Position numbers and translations under genes: made by a program. Shown here one piece after another: positions 7,027-17,033 of a DNA stretch of 25,433 nt (positions are counted from its first letter, which is position 1; the number at the start of each line of letters is the position of its first letter). The stretch comes from Planctomycetota bacterium (lineage in GTDB: Bacteria > Planctomycetota > UBA8108 > UBA1146): positions 1 through 25,433 of the forward strand of contig JAYZBV010000085.1 of the NCBI GenBank assembly GCA_036338595.1, given 5' to 3'. The notes under the pieces were generated by a model that did no database searches, had not been told where the DNA came from, and worked only from the letters and a program-made list of their open reading frames with translations.

Positions 7027-8676
7027 GTGAAGCCGTTTCAGGAACGACTAAAAGCACTACTCAAGAAACTCGCAGGCCGCAAGGAAGTCGATCTCGCGAA
7101 AATTATCAGCGTTCTTCCAGAGGTCAAGAGCAGCAAGAAGAAGTTGATCAAGGTCCGTGACCTGCTGGATCAGCTCGGCTGTCAGATTACAGCCAAGGGA
7201 CTTGCCAATGAGGCAGATAACAGTCTCGACTCGGTCGAGTTCAATGCCAAGGAAGCGAAGGCAGCGGAAAAAGAGATCGAAGCGGATCTGAAGGCCACCG
7301 CAAGGGCTGAAGAATCCGCCGTCAAGGCGCTCGACGATCCGATTCGAATGTACTTCTCGCAGATGGCAGCGATTCCATTGCTGACCCGCGACGAGGAGAT
7401 TCACTACGCCAAGGAGATCGAAAAAAGCCAGGCTTCCCTCACCCGTCTCGTCTACCACACAGCTCTTGGCCAGGACGAAGCACTTCAACTTCTGGAACAG
7501 ATCGGTAACCAGACACGGCTCGTCGAGAAGAGCCTCGATCTGACCCTGTCTCGCAAGGGAGATCGCCAGGCGTTCTATGATCGCCTCGCAAAGGAACTGC
7601 CGCGGATGAGAAACCTGTTTTCTTCCAATGTGCGAGAGTCAAACGAACTCGAGGACCTCGCCCTCAACGATGTCGAGGAGCGCCCGGCGCTTGAAAAGCG
7701 CCTTCACGGCAGAGTTCTTCGTCTCTCCAGGATGCTTGAATCCTATCAGGTGAAGATGAAGTACATGAGCCGCTGGCAAGCGGATGTTGCAGAGGTCGGT
7801 AAGAAACTCGAAAAGGAAATCGTCGGTCTGAGGATCCGCAACAAACGAGCAATCAGCCCCGAGTTCGACGAGATCAATGAAGCGACTCTCGAGCCGTACC
7901 CATCCTTCATCGAACGTGCCCGTGAAATCACGGTCCAGTTCATCCGCTACGAAAAAGCAAAGGGTGGACTCTCCTCGGGTAACCTCCGTCTCGTGGTCAG
8001 CGTTGCGAAGAAGTACCGAGGTCGCGGCCTGTCATTTCTCGACCTGATCCAGGAGGGAAATACGGGGCTGATGCGTGCCTGCGAAAAGTACGAGTACCGC
8101 AAGGGATACAAGTTCTCCACCTACGCAACATGGTGGATTCGCCAGGCGATCAGCCGAGCCATCGCTGAGAAGTCTCGCATGGTCAGACTGCCCGTCTACA
8201 TGTCCGAAACGATGAGCAAACTCGGCGGAGTCAGCCGTGAGCACCTTCAAAAGAAGGGTCGCCGCCCCGACCTTCACGAAATCGCTCTGGAGCTCGACAT
8301 CCCGGCTGCGGAACTGGAAGCGATGCTTCGACTCAGCCGTACACCGGTCTCACTGTCGACTCCCATCGGCACGGAAGAAGATTCCACCTTTGGCGATTTC
8401 ATCGAGGATCACCGTTTCTCTTCTCCAGCAGAAGCCCTGTCGATCGAGGCACTCAAGGGCAGGATGGGGAACATCCTCGAAACGCTGAGCCTCAGAGAGC
8501 GAGAGGTGATCAAGATGCGATTCGGGATCGGAAGGGATGACACCTACACTCTCGAAGAACTGGGTAAGAAGTTCAAGGTGACACGAGAGCGGATCCGCCA
8601 GATCGAGATCCGAGCGCTAAAAAAATTGCGCCACCCGGTTCGCTCGCGAAATCTTGAGGGATTCCTCGACGAATAA
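7027..8676 (+). CDS. rpoD: RNA polymerase sigma70 factor, RpoD/SigA family (549 aa)
   Basis: Region 1.2 DDPIRMY...PLLTRDEE, region 2 [33 protein letters not shown], region 3 and region 4 TLEELG...[18 protein letters not shown] before the GTG. It may be a paralog rather than the primary sigma factor. Confidence 0.9.
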   Translation: MKPFQERLKALLKKLAGRKEVDLAKIISVLPEVKSSKKKLIKVRDLLDQLGCQITAKGLANEADNSLDSVEFNAKEAKAAEKEIEADLKATARAEESAVKALDDPIRMYFSQMAAIPLLTRDEEIHYAKEIEKSQASLTRLVYHTALGQDEALQLLEQIGNQTRLVEKSLDLTLSRKGDRQAFYDRLAKELPRMRNLFSSNVRESNELEDLALNDVEERPALEKRLHGRVLRLSRMLESYQVKMKYMSRWQADVAEVGKKLEKEIVGLRIRNKRAISPEFDEINEATLEPYPSFIERAREITVQFIRYEKAKGGLSSGNLRLVVSVAKKYRGRGLSFLDLIQEGNTGLMRACEKYEYRKGYKFSTYATWWIRQAISRAIAEKSRMVRLPVYMSETMSKLGGVSREHLQKKGRRPDLHEIALELDIPAAELEAMLRLSRTPVSLSTPIGTEEDSTFGDFIEDHRFSSPAEALSIEALKGRMGNILETLSLREREVIKMRFGIGRDDTYTLEELGKKFKVTRERIRQIEIRALKKLRHPVRSRNLEGFLDE

Positions 8677-8695
8677 TTCAACGAATACAAGAGAC

Positions 8696-8768
8696 GAGAA
8701 CAGAGGGACGGGACCTGACGCGCGCCCCCCCGCCAGATTGGCGGGAGTCAGGTCTCTCCTCTCTTCTC
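8696..8768. terminator. Long imperfect hairpin between convergent genes (possible terminator)
   Basis: GACCTGAC (8712-8719) pairs with GTCAGGTC (8747-8754) around an inner stem CCCGCCA-GAT-TGGCGGG (8729-8745). Outer pairs are GAGAA/TTCTC and AGAGG/CCTCT. There is no U-tract. Confidence 0.45.
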
Positions 8769-9294
8769 AATTCTGGATCTCTCCCATCAGCCAGCGAGCC
8801 CGGACGAACTCTTCGCCGCCGACACTCGCTCCCCCCTCGAAGATGGTCCCGGCATCGCTCTGACTGACCCGCGTCGCCCTCAGGTCCAACAAGCCTGGAA
8901 CTGCCATCTCCCGCTCCACCACCAGAGACTCGACCTCGACCAGCACGGGGTGTCCCGCACTGGGCCGATTACGCCAGGCTGCATCCACTTGATCGACCGG
9001 ATCCTCTGCAGCGAGCAAGATGACCAGGGACAGCTGTTCCAGAGCGACCAGGGCCGTCGTCGACGGAAATACAAATGCACATTTTCTTCCTGGAGTCGCT
9101 ACATCCCCCGTCGTGACCGCCTTCTGTGCCACCGCCTGCAATCCAGGTTGAACCGATACCACCCGGTCGAGCAATATCCTTTTCCTCGAGAGAGGGAGCA
9201 GCCGGTCAAGGTCCTCTGCATCGAGTTCAAGAACTCCGTTTGAGAGTTCCCGGTGCATCCTCCAGCGCTCCTGGTCAGCGGCCATCGATGTCAC
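8767..9294 (-). CDS. FabZ-like hotdog-fold protein, catalytic residues apparently missing
   Basis: FabZ-like N-terminus (LDRLLPLSRKRILLDRVV...AVAQKAVT), central helix (FPSTTALVALEQ) and C-terminal strands (VPGLLDL...FEGGASVGGEEFVRA). The start may be GTG 9294 or ATG 9285. Confidence 0.65.
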   Translation of the reverse strand: MTSMAADQERWRMHRELSNGVLELDAEDLDRLLPLSRKRILLDRVVSVQPGLQAVAQKAVTTGDVATPGRKCAFVFPSTTALVALEQLSLVILLAAEDPVDQVDAAWRNRPSAGHPVLVEVESLVVEREMAVPGLLDLRATRVSQSDAGTIFEGGASVGGEEFVRARWLMGEIQN

Positions 9295-9493
9295 TGCCCT
9301 TCCTGCTCGTTCTCAACCGCCAGCACCGGGAAACTGCTGACAAACACTTCGACGCTCATCGTGGATGGGAATATCCGCCTCTGTTACCTTGGCCACCGTA
9401 ACCTCGCCTCGTGCGGGTGCAATTTGATGTCCCTTTCGTTGCGAAATCAGGCTCCTGAGCCGATCTACATGCTGAAATGAGTAGTCTTCCTCC

Positions 9494-10198
9494 ATGTCCG
9501 GTTCCAATCAGACAAACGAAAATCTATCCGCCAGCCAGCTGGCCTTCGCAGTCGGATCCCTCCAGTTGAACCTCGAGGTGCCTGATGGCGTGTGGAATCC
9601 GACTCCCAATGGCATCTTGCTCGCCGAGGTGCTCGAGTCGATGAACTTCTCTGGAGAGAGCATCCTGGAACTGGGAACCGGATGCGGCCTGCATGCCATC
9701 ATTCTCGGACTTCGGGGAGCCCGAGAGTTGCTGCTGACAGAGATCGATGACGCCATCCTCACCCACGCCAGGAGAAATCTCGACTCCCATGGCGTCGAGA
9801 CCAGGACAAGACTTGTGACGGCGGACTGGATCCAGGTCGAAGCAGGCGGCTTCGACTCGCTGGTGGCTAACCCTCCATACTGCGTCTCCGGAAAACACTA
9901 CAGACGCTACTACATCGATACACTCATCCTCGAGGCCCACAAGTTGGTCCGCCCTGGTGGCAGGATCATCTTCATTCACTCGACGATGGCAGATGTGCCA
10001 AAAACCATCTCACAGATGGAGGACTGCGGCATTTCGGTCAGGATTCTGGCCGAGCGCGACTATCCGTTCAGGGACTACTACTTCGATGATCCGTCGTTCA
10101 TCCTCGAAATGGCCAAGGTCCCCGGTTCGTACACGGTTCGCGACGGTGTCCACCACGAACGGTTGGTGGTCTTCGAAGGTACACTACCGGAGAACTAG
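9494..10198 (+). CDS. Class I SAM-dependent methyltransferase, HemK-related (NPPY)
   Basis: Motif I LELGTGCG, motif IV VANPPY and LVRPGG. It lacks the N-terminal PrmC helical domain. Confidence 0.85.
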   Translation: MSGSNQTNENLSASQLAFAVGSLQLNLEVPDGVWNPTPNGILLAEVLESMNFSGESILELGTGCGLHAIILGLRGARELLLTEIDDAILTHARRNLDSHGVETRTRLVTADWIQVEAGGFDSLVANPPYCVSGKHYRRYYIDTLILEAHKLVRPGGRIIFIHSTMADVPKTISQMEDCGISVRILAERDYPFRDYYFDDPSFILEMAKVPGSYTVRDGVHHERLVVFEGTLPEN

Positions 10199-11769
10199 GG
10201 AACTGCGATGGTCCCTGCCCTGACCACCTCCGCTGCAGCCTCCATCTCGTGCGAGAGAACTCGGTCGCCACTTCGTACCGGAATCACCTCTCTGAGCATC
10301 CGGATGCGCGCTTCGAGACGCTTCCCGCTGCGCAGAGGCCTCCTGAATTCGATGGCATCCAGTCCGATCAACAGTTCGATGGCGACCACCTGGGCAGCGT
10401 GATCCGCGCAATCGCCGGCCTTCTCTGATGCGTGAGTAGACATACTGACATGGTCCTCCGATCCCGCCGACGTCACGATGGAATCTACCGATGCAGGATG
10501 CGATAGCACCTTCATTCGAGAGACCAGCGCTGCAGCACTCACCTGGGCCATCATCCAGCCTGATTCGAGCCCTTCCTTGCGCGCCAGGAAAGCAGGCAAT
10601 CCCTGATTGGTGTCAGGGTTTATCAGCTTCTCGGTACGCCGCTCCGAGATGGAAGCCAGATCGGTCAGCACGATGCAGAGCAAATCTGCAGCGTAGGCCA
10701 CAGGTGCGCCGTGGAAATTTCCCCCGGAGAGCACTTCATCCTCTTCGGAGAAGACCAGGGGATTATCCGTGGAAGAGTTCGCCTCTCTCACGATCACCTG
10801 AAGAATCCAGTCCATCGCATCTCTGACTGCCCCATGAACCTGAGGAGTGCATCGAAGGGAGTATGGATCCTGGACACGATCGCATCCCTCATGGGAGATC
10901 ACGATCTTGCTTCCCTTGATCAGCGAGCGAATACTCGCTGCTACTCTTGCCTGCCCTGGATGTGGGCGTGTCTGGTGGATTCTCTCATCAAAGGGCTGCA
11001 TCGATCCGAGCAAGCTCTCGAGACTGATCGCTGCACACAGGTCAGCCGCATCGGCTGTCGCCACGGCGTGGAGGAATGCACCTGTGAGCATCGCCAGCGA
11101 TACCTGAACCCCGTTGATGAGGGATAAGCCCTCCTTCGCTTCGAGCCGGATCGGCTTCAATCCCTTGCGACGCAGGGCCACCTTCGCGCTGATCCACTTT
11201 CCGTCGACGAGCGCCTCGCCCTCGCCGACCAGTACCAGGGCCAGGTGCGACAGCGGCGCCAGATCACCGCTGGCTCCCACCGATCCGACCCTCGGGATCC
11301 TCGGCAACACATCCTCATCGAGCATGGCGACGAGCAACTCGATCACCTCGATGCGGATTCCGCTATTGCCCCGTGCCAGGGCGTTGGCTCGCAGCGCCAG
11401 TGCGAGGCGGACCTGCTCCGGAGCCAGCGGATCCCCGAGACCCGTGGCATGCGAGCGGATCAGATTCAGTTGTAACTTCTTGACCTCTGCCGGGGTGATC
11501 TGGACAGAGCAGAGGCGTCCAAATCCAGTGTTGATGCCGTAGCACGGCTGATCTCCATGCGCAGCGGCAGCCACCGATCTCGCAGCGGCGTCAATTTTCC
11601 TGCGGGCAGCCGTGGGAATGCGAAGCTTCGCCTGACCGGAAGAAATCGCTTCCAGGTCTTCGAGGGTGAAAGAATGGCCGTCGAGACGGACCACTCTCAC
11701 GCCGCTGTTTCGCTTCTTGGCAGCAGGGCTGTGCTGTTTCTTGCCGCTCCGTCTGGCCAATCCGACCAC
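10195..11769 (-). CDS. hutH: Histidine ammonia-lyase
   Basis: YGINTGFG, NLIRSH (Ser-His specificity pair typical of HAL), MIO motif GSVGASGDLAPL, QDPYSLRC, GGNFHG and EDHVSM. The start is uncertain (GTG 11769 or TTG 11760). Confidence 0.93.
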   Translation of the reverse strand: MVGLARRSGKKQHSPAAKKRNSGVRVVRLDGHSFTLEDLEAISSGQAKLRIPTAARRKIDAAARSVAAAAHGDQPCYGINTGFGRLCSVQITPAEVKKLQLNLIRSHATGLGDPLAPEQVRLALALRANALARGNSGIRIEVIELLVAMLDEDVLPRIPRVGSVGASGDLAPLSHLALVLVGEGEALVDGKWISAKVALRRKGLKPIRLEAKEGLSLINGVQVSLAMLTGAFLHAVATADAADLCAAISLESLLGSMQPFDERIHQTRPHPGQARVAASIRSLIKGSKIVISHEGCDRVQDPYSLRCTPQVHGAVRDAMDWILQVIVREANSSTDNPLVFSEEDEVLSGGNFHGAPVAYAADLLCIVLTDLASISERRTEKLINPDTNQGLPAFLARKEGLESGWMMAQVSAAALVSRMKVLSHPASVDSIVTSAGSEDHVSMSTHASEKAGDCADHAAQVVAIELLIGLDAIEFRRPLRSGKRLEARIRMLREVIPVRSGDRVLSHEMEAAAEVVRAGTIAVP

Positions 11770-11895
11770 CTTTCACCAGAGATGTCTTCCGCAGGAAACT
11801 ACGACGACCCACACTTCACCGCAAGCAGCACTCGGGGTCGGTGGAATCCATGACGATCCCAGATAGGATGCCCCAGACCCCTGATCGGAGCCTAC

Positions 11896-13542
11896 ATGCC
11901 CATCGAGCGTGAAGAGTTGCCCGTCGACATCCTGTTCGTCGGAGCCGGCCCTGCATGCCTGACCTCTGCTTTGCACCTCAAGAAGCAGCTTGCGGCGATG
12001 AATCACGATGACATCGAGATCGCTGTCATCGAAAAGGCTCAGACCGTCGGCTCTCACATCCTTTCCGGAGCCGTCGTGGATCCGCGGCCCATCTCAGAAC
12101 TTCTCGGAGAAGACTGGCGAGACAGTGGACTTCCGGTCGAGGCCTGGGTGGAAAAAGAAGAAGTGCGTCACCTGTCGGAGAAAAATGCCTTCCGGATCCC
12201 TGTTCCACCGATGCTGAAGAACCACGGATTTCCAGTCATCAGCCTCTCCGAGATGGTCTGCTGGCTGAAAGACCGTTGCGAGGAAGCGGAGGTGATGGTC
12301 TTCGAGGGATTTCCCGGAGATTCATTCCTCAGGGATGAGGCGGGAGATGTAGCGGGTGTCAGAACGATGGACAAGGGACTCGATGCCAGCGGTCAACCCG
12401 GTCCAGGCTTCGAACCCGGTGCAGATATTCATGCTCGATGCACCGTTCTCGGTGAAGGAGTTCGCGGATCGCTGACCAAGCAATTGATCGAGCAAGAGGA
12501 TCTTCAGGGACGCAACCCTCAGATCTACGGGACCGGCGGCAAGGAGTTGTGGGAACTCCCTGCCGGTCGCTTTCCAGCCGGCAAGGTCCTTCATACTTCC
12601 GGTTGGCCTCTCTCATCGACACAGTACGGCGGTTCATGGATCTACGGTTTATCCGGTAATCGAGTCTCGGTCGGATTCGTCACCGCTCTCGATGCCGGTC
12701 AGCCGTGGAACGATCCCTGGGAGAACTTCCAGCGCTGGAAACAGCACCCCTTCATCGCCGAGATTCTCGACGGCGGAGAGATCCTCAAGGCGGGCGCGAA
12801 GTGCCTCCCAGAGGGTGGATACTGGTCGCGACCCCGATCCTGGGGGAACGGGTTTCTGATCATCGGAGACGCTGGATCGAATCTCAATGTGAGTCGGCTC
12901 AAGGGAGTTCACACCTCGATGAAGACGGGATTGCTCGCAGCTGAAACGCTGCTCGAAGCGATTCGTAAGGATGACTTCAGTAGCGAGACGCTTCGATCCT
13001 ACGAGGATCGATTTGACAACTCGTGGCTAAAAAAGGAACTGTGGAGGGTCCGTAATTATCGCGCCGAGTTTCAGGGCCGAGGATTCTGGAGCGGTGCGAT
13101 ACGGGCAGGGATCAAGTATGTCCTCGGTGGCATCGGCAAGCAGTATGCACCATTGAAATCGGATCATGAAGAGATGTTGACGCTTCCGAACTCCACCGCT
13201 GAGCCGCCCGCTCCCGAATACGATGGAACGAAATTGATCGACAAGGTGACACAGGTGTTCCACTCGGGCTCGGTTCATGCCGAACAGCAGCCGAGTCACC
13301 TGAAGGTTGCCGACACCGATCTCTGCTCAACTCGCTGCAAGGAGGAGTACGGAAATCCTTGCCAGCACTTCTGTCCCGCCAATGTTTACGAGATGGTCGA
13401 TGACGGCGCTGGCAGTGAACGCCTCCAGATCAATCATTCCAACTGCGTTCACTGCAAGACCTGTGACATCCTGGATCCATACCAGGTCATCACCTGGACC
13501 GTCCCATCCGATGCTGGCGGTCCCAAATATCTGGGTCTTTGA
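11896..13542 (+). CDS. Electron transfer flavoprotein-ubiquinone oxidoreductase
   Basis: FAD-binding VGAGPA, HILSGAV, IGDAG...KGVHTSMKTG and C-terminal 4Fe-4S motifs FCPANVY and NCVHCKTCDI...WTVP..AGGP.Y. Confidence 0.95.
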   Translation: MPIEREELPVDILFVGAGPACLTSALHLKKQLAAMNHDDIEIAVIEKAQTVGSHILSGAVVDPRPISELLGEDWRDSGLPVEAWVEKEEVRHLSEKNAFRIPVPPMLKNHGFPVISLSEMVCWLKDRCEEAEVMVFEGFPGDSFLRDEAGDVAGVRTMDKGLDASGQPGPGFEPGADIHARCTVLGEGVRGSLTKQLIEQEDLQGRNPQIYGTGGKELWELPAGRFPAGKVLHTSGWPLSSTQYGGSWIYGLSGNRVSVGFVTALDAGQPWNDPWENFQRWKQHPFIAEILDGGEILKAGAKCLPEGGYWSRPRSWGNGFLIIGDAGSNLNVSRLKGVHTSMKTGLLAAETLLEAIRKDDFSSETLRSYEDRFDNSWLKKELWRVRNYRAEFQGRGFWSGAIRAGIKYVLGGIGKQYAPLKSDHEEMLTLPNSTAEPPAPEYDGTKLIDKVTQVFHSGSVHAEQQPSHLKVADTDLCSTRCKEEYGNPCQHFCPANVYEMVDDGAGSERLQINHSNCVHCKTCDILDPYQVITWTVPSDAGGPKYLGL

Positions 13543-13587
13543 GGAAGACAGGCGATATTCAGGCCCCATCGGCAGCATCTGCACAAC

Positions 13588-13615
13588 TTGACCGGGACCC
13601 CAGCACTTCTATCAT
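13588..13615 (+). promoter_or_regulatory. Candidate sigma70 promoter for the LeuA-like gene
   Basis: TTGACC-N16-TATCAT, 50 nt upstream of ATG 13666. Confidence 0.45.
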
Positions 13616-13665
13616 CCAACTGGCCTGGCCCTGCTACTGGATGGGTTTCGGCCTGGAAGGACCTC

Positions 13666-14922
13666 ATGAATCAGTTCGCTGACGAATTCTCGGATAGTGG
13701 AGACGATCGCGCCAGGGACCTGATCCACGACTGGAACATCGAAGACGGAGACATCACCAGGTCGGAACCGATCGAATTCGACGACGAGTCACTTCGTGAC
13801 GGCCTGCAATCACCCTCCGTAGTGGATCCTCCCATCGAGAAAAAGTTTGAGATCCTGCGCCTGATGGATCGCCTCGGGATTCATACTGCAAATGTTGGGC
13901 TCCCCGGTGCAGGGCCGCGGGCTGTCGAAGATGTGACACGCCTTTGCCAGTTGATCGTCGACGAAAACTTATCCATCACGCCAAACTGTGCCGCTCGCAC
14001 GCACGAGAACGACATCATTGCCGTGGCCCAGATCAGCCAGAAGGTCGGGATCCCCATCGAATGCTGTACCTTCATCGGATCGAGCCCGATCCGACAGTAC
14101 ACCGAAGACTGGACCCTCGACCGGATGCTCGACCACACCCGCTACGCCTCGGACCTCTGTCAGCGCGAGGGTCTGCCACAGATGTATGTCACCGAGGACA
14201 CCACGCGGGCCGCCCCGGAGACACTCAGGGCCCTCTACAGCACTGCCATCGAGCACGGCGCTGCTCGTGCCTGTGTCTGCGATACGGTCGGGCATGCGAC
14301 ACCGAGAGGTGTCCATTCCCTGATTGGATTCATCCAGAAAGTTGTGAGCGAAACTGGTGTCGATGGAATCAAGATCGACTGGCACGGCCACCGTGACAGG
14401 GATCTCGATATCGCCAACTCGATTGCTGCAGTCGAGGCCGGGGCTCACAGGATTCACGGCGCTGCCATAGGTCTTGGAGAACGCTGTGGTAACACCTCGA
14501 TGGACCTGCTGCTCGCTAACCTGAAATTGATGGGCTACATCGACAATGACCTGACCTTACTTCCCGAATATGTGAAGGCTGTCAGTGAGGGGTGTCATGT
14601 TCCGATCCCCAGGAACTATCCGATCTTCGGAACCGATGCATTCGAGACTGCCACCGGAGTCCACGCTGCTGCCGTGATCAAGGCGTTCCGCAAGAAGGAC
14701 ACATGGCTGGCGAACCGCGTCTATTCTGGAGTTCCAGCGGATGTGTTCGGCTTGTCCCAGAAGATCAGTATCGGTCCGATGAGTGGCCGCTCAAATGTTG
14801 TCTACTGGCTCGAACAGCATTCCATCGAACCGACCGAAGAGATCGTGACCAAGATCTTTGATCAGGCAAAAAAAGCGGACCGACTTCTCTCAGATGACGA
14901 GATCCTGCTGCTGGCTCGATGA
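13666..14922 (+). CDS. 2-isopropylmalate synthase/homocitrate synthase family (DRE-TIM), short form without regulatory domain
   Basis: DESLRDGLQ, HGHRD metal ligands, GLGERCGN, GVHAAAV, YSGVPA..FG and IGPMSGRSN. It ends at 418 aa with no allosteric domain. GAAGGA SD before ATG 13666. Confidence 0.88.
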   Translation: MNQFADEFSDSGDDRARDLIHDWNIEDGDITRSEPIEFDDESLRDGLQSPSVVDPPIEKKFEILRLMDRLGIHTANVGLPGAGPRAVEDVTRLCQLIVDENLSITPNCAARTHENDIIAVAQISQKVGIPIECCTFIGSSPIRQYTEDWTLDRMLDHTRYASDLCQREGLPQMYVTEDTTRAAPETLRALYSTAIEHGAARACVCDTVGHATPRGVHSLIGFIQKVVSETGVDGIKIDWHGHRDRDLDIANSIAAVEAGAHRIHGAAIGLGERCGNTSMDLLLANLKLMGYIDNDLTLLPEYVKAVSEGCHVPIPRNYPIFGTDAFETATGVHAAAVIKAFRKKDTWLANRVYSGVPADVFGLSQKISIGPMSGRSNVVYWLEQHSIEPTEEIVTKIFDQAKKADRLLSDDEILLLAR

Positions 14923-14945
14923 CTTCCAACCTGGCCGCTCGATGA

Positions 14946-15923
14946 TCATGGCCGGAAGGGGAACCGAACCTCTCCTGACAGCTTCAAGGGAGATCCGTCA
15001 TCGGAAACTCCCTGCCAGCACAATACTGTTCCCTCATCGATGTGGGTCTTTCGAACTGCAGCCAGTAGTGAGATCCCATCCTCTGACCTGGCCACCGAGG
15101 TGATCTTTCCTGCACTCTTGCCCTCTCCATCGGAGGAATGAAGTGCATCTCCAGGAGCCACCGATGAAGTGGAAATTCCTTCAGGGAATTGAAATTTGAT
15201 CCGTCGCAACTGCCGATTGACGTGGCCATATGTGCGAATGCGCGCCAGCACTTCCTGCCCGGCGTAACAACCCTTGTCGTAGGAGATCGCATCATCCAAT
15301 CCGACCTCGGGAGGCAACGACCGCTCGGTGACATCGTGACCACTACGCGGAAAACCGCTCTCGATACGAGCTCGCTCGGTGGCCTCAGGCGAACTGACCT
15401 CGACACTTTCCTGATCGAGACGCCGCTCGACCTCATCGATGAGCTCCGACGGCAGGATCAGATCGATTCCCGCTTCCCGGGACCGGGTTCGAGCCACCAC
15501 CAGGCCGCCGCGCCAGCTGGCCGCCTGGAGGAACTGAACCGGTCGCAAACTGGTGATCTGCTCGACCAGCATCGGAGCTGTCGGTCCCTGGATCGAGATC
15601 ACACGACGCTCGCCACTTCGGATCTCGACATCTTCAAGGATCACCAATCGATCGAGACGAGTTCTCAACCCTGAACACATCGATTCCTCGACAACGAGCA
15701 GGAATTGATCGGATTGGCGATAGATATCAAAAAATGCGAGGATCTTGCCCTTTGAATCGAGAAGGGTACCGCGCAAGCCGACCCCTTCGAGCACTCGACG
15801 CATATCACAAGAGATCATACGCTGAAGAAATTGCTCAGCATCCGAGCCGGATACTTCGACCACTTCCAGTCTGAAGTCCGACCCGAGGCGAGCGCAGGAT
15901 TCGATGATACCCGGATCACTCAT
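14946..15923 (-). CDS. ygfZ: Folate-binding protein YgfZ (GcvT family)
   Basis: Signature SYDKGCYAGQEVLAR, N-terminal VSGSDAEQFLQ and ARIESGFP. Confidence 0.92.
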   Translation of the reverse strand: MSDPGIIESCARLGSDFRLEVVEVSGSDAEQFLQRMISCDMRRVLEGVGLRGTLLDSKGKILAFFDIYRQSDQFLLVVEESMCSGLRTRLDRLVILEDVEIRSGERRVISIQGPTAPMLVEQITSLRPVQFLQAASWRGGLVVARTRSREAGIDLILPSELIDEVERRLDQESVEVSSPEATERARIESGFPRSGHDVTERSLPPEVGLDDAISYDKGCYAGQEVLARIRTYGHVNRQLRRIKFQFPEGISTSSVAPGDALHSSDGEGKSAGKITSVARSEDGISLLAAVRKTHIDEGTVLCWQGVSDDGSPLKLSGEVRFPFRP

Positions 15924-15935
15924 GACGCGTTCCGA

Positions 15936-17000
15936 TCAGAGGGAGCGAATCTGCTCGATCACCCTGTCTCCCCACTCGTCGGTGGAGACACCGCTCGACG
16001 CACTCACCGAGGTCACATCATCGCTCCTCATGACACCTTCGATGGCACCCTCGATGCGACATGCTGCGTTCACTTCGCCGAGGTGGTCCAGCATCATCTG
16101 GACCGCAGTGATGGCGGCGATGGGACAAGACACATTTTTTCCCTTGTACTTGGGTGCCGAACCATGGATCGATTCGAACATCGAGACCTGTCCCGGGTGT
16201 ATATTCCCGCTGGCAGCGACACCCATACCACCCTGCAACACGGCACCAAGATCCGTGATGATGTCTCCGAACAGATTCGTCGTGACGACGGTATCGAAGG
16301 ACTCCGGGTTCTTGATCATCCACATGCAGGCGGCATCGACATAGGCGTGCTCCTGCTGGATGTCGGGGTATTCTTCACCAACCAGAGCAAAGGTACGCGT
16401 CCAGATATCATGTGCTCGGATGGCATTGGCCTTATCGACGAGCATCAACTTCTTCTGTCGATTTCGCTTTCTGGAGAGTTCGAAGGCGTACCGGATGACC
16501 CTCTCGACACCCTTTCGGGTATAGACCATCTGCTGCATCGCCACTTCGTCCAGGGTGCCCTCCTTGAAGATTCCACCGATCCCTGCATAGGCATCCTCGG
16601 TGTTTTCTCGAACCACGACGAAGTCGATGTCGTCGGGTCCCTTGTCCTTGAGAGGGCAGAACTTCTCGGAGTGGAGTCGGATGGGACGAAGATTGACATA
16701 CAGATCGAGATTGAATCGAATCCCCGCGATGATGGCTCTCTCGACCTTGCCCACCTCGACTCTCGGATCACCGATGGCGCCGAGGTAGACGGCATCCATC
16801 GAACGAACCTGGTCGAGCACCTCCTCGGGAAGCAACTCCCCCGTCTCCAGGTAGTGCTCACTACCGTGAGGAAAATCGATGCGATCGATCTGAAATCCAC
16901 CCAGCTCCGCAACGACATCGAGGACACGGAACGCCTCTTTCGTCACTTCGGGTCCGATTCCGTCTCCTGCAAATACGGCTATCTTGTAACTCTTCGACAC
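15936..17000 (-). CDS. leuB: 3-isopropylmalate dehydrogenase-like beta-decarboxylating dehydrogenase
   Basis: GDGIGPEV, LGAIGDP, DLYVNLRP, VRENTEDAY, DKAN, NLFGDIITD and FESIHGSAP. Substrate specificity within the family is not certain. Confidence 0.8.
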   Translation of the reverse strand: MSKSYKIAVFAGDGIGPEVTKEAFRVLDVVAELGGFQIDRIDFPHGSEHYLETGELLPEEVLDQVRSMDAVYLGAIGDPRVEVGKVERAIIAGIRFNLDLYVNLRPIRLHSEKFCPLKDKGPDDIDFVVVRENTEDAYAGIGGIFKEGTLDEVAMQQMVYTRKGVERVIRYAFELSRKRNRQKKLMLVDKANAIRAHDIWTRTFALVGEEYPDIQQEHAYVDAACMWMIKNPESFDTVVTTNLFGDIITDLGAVLQGGMGVAASGNIHPGQVSMFESIHGSAPKYKGKNVSCPIAAITAVQMMLDHLGEVNAACRIEGAIEGVMRSDDVTSVSASSGVSTDEWGDRVIEQIRSL

Positions 17001-17033
17001 GGTCCAACTCCCCTGGATATCCAGTGTGATTCT

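Noticed and set aside
9313..9507. 64-aa ORF upstream of the FabZ-like gene, considered as a possible ACP
   Set aside because: It has no DSL phosphopantetheine motif and overlaps the methyltransferase start. It is probably the divergent promoter region.
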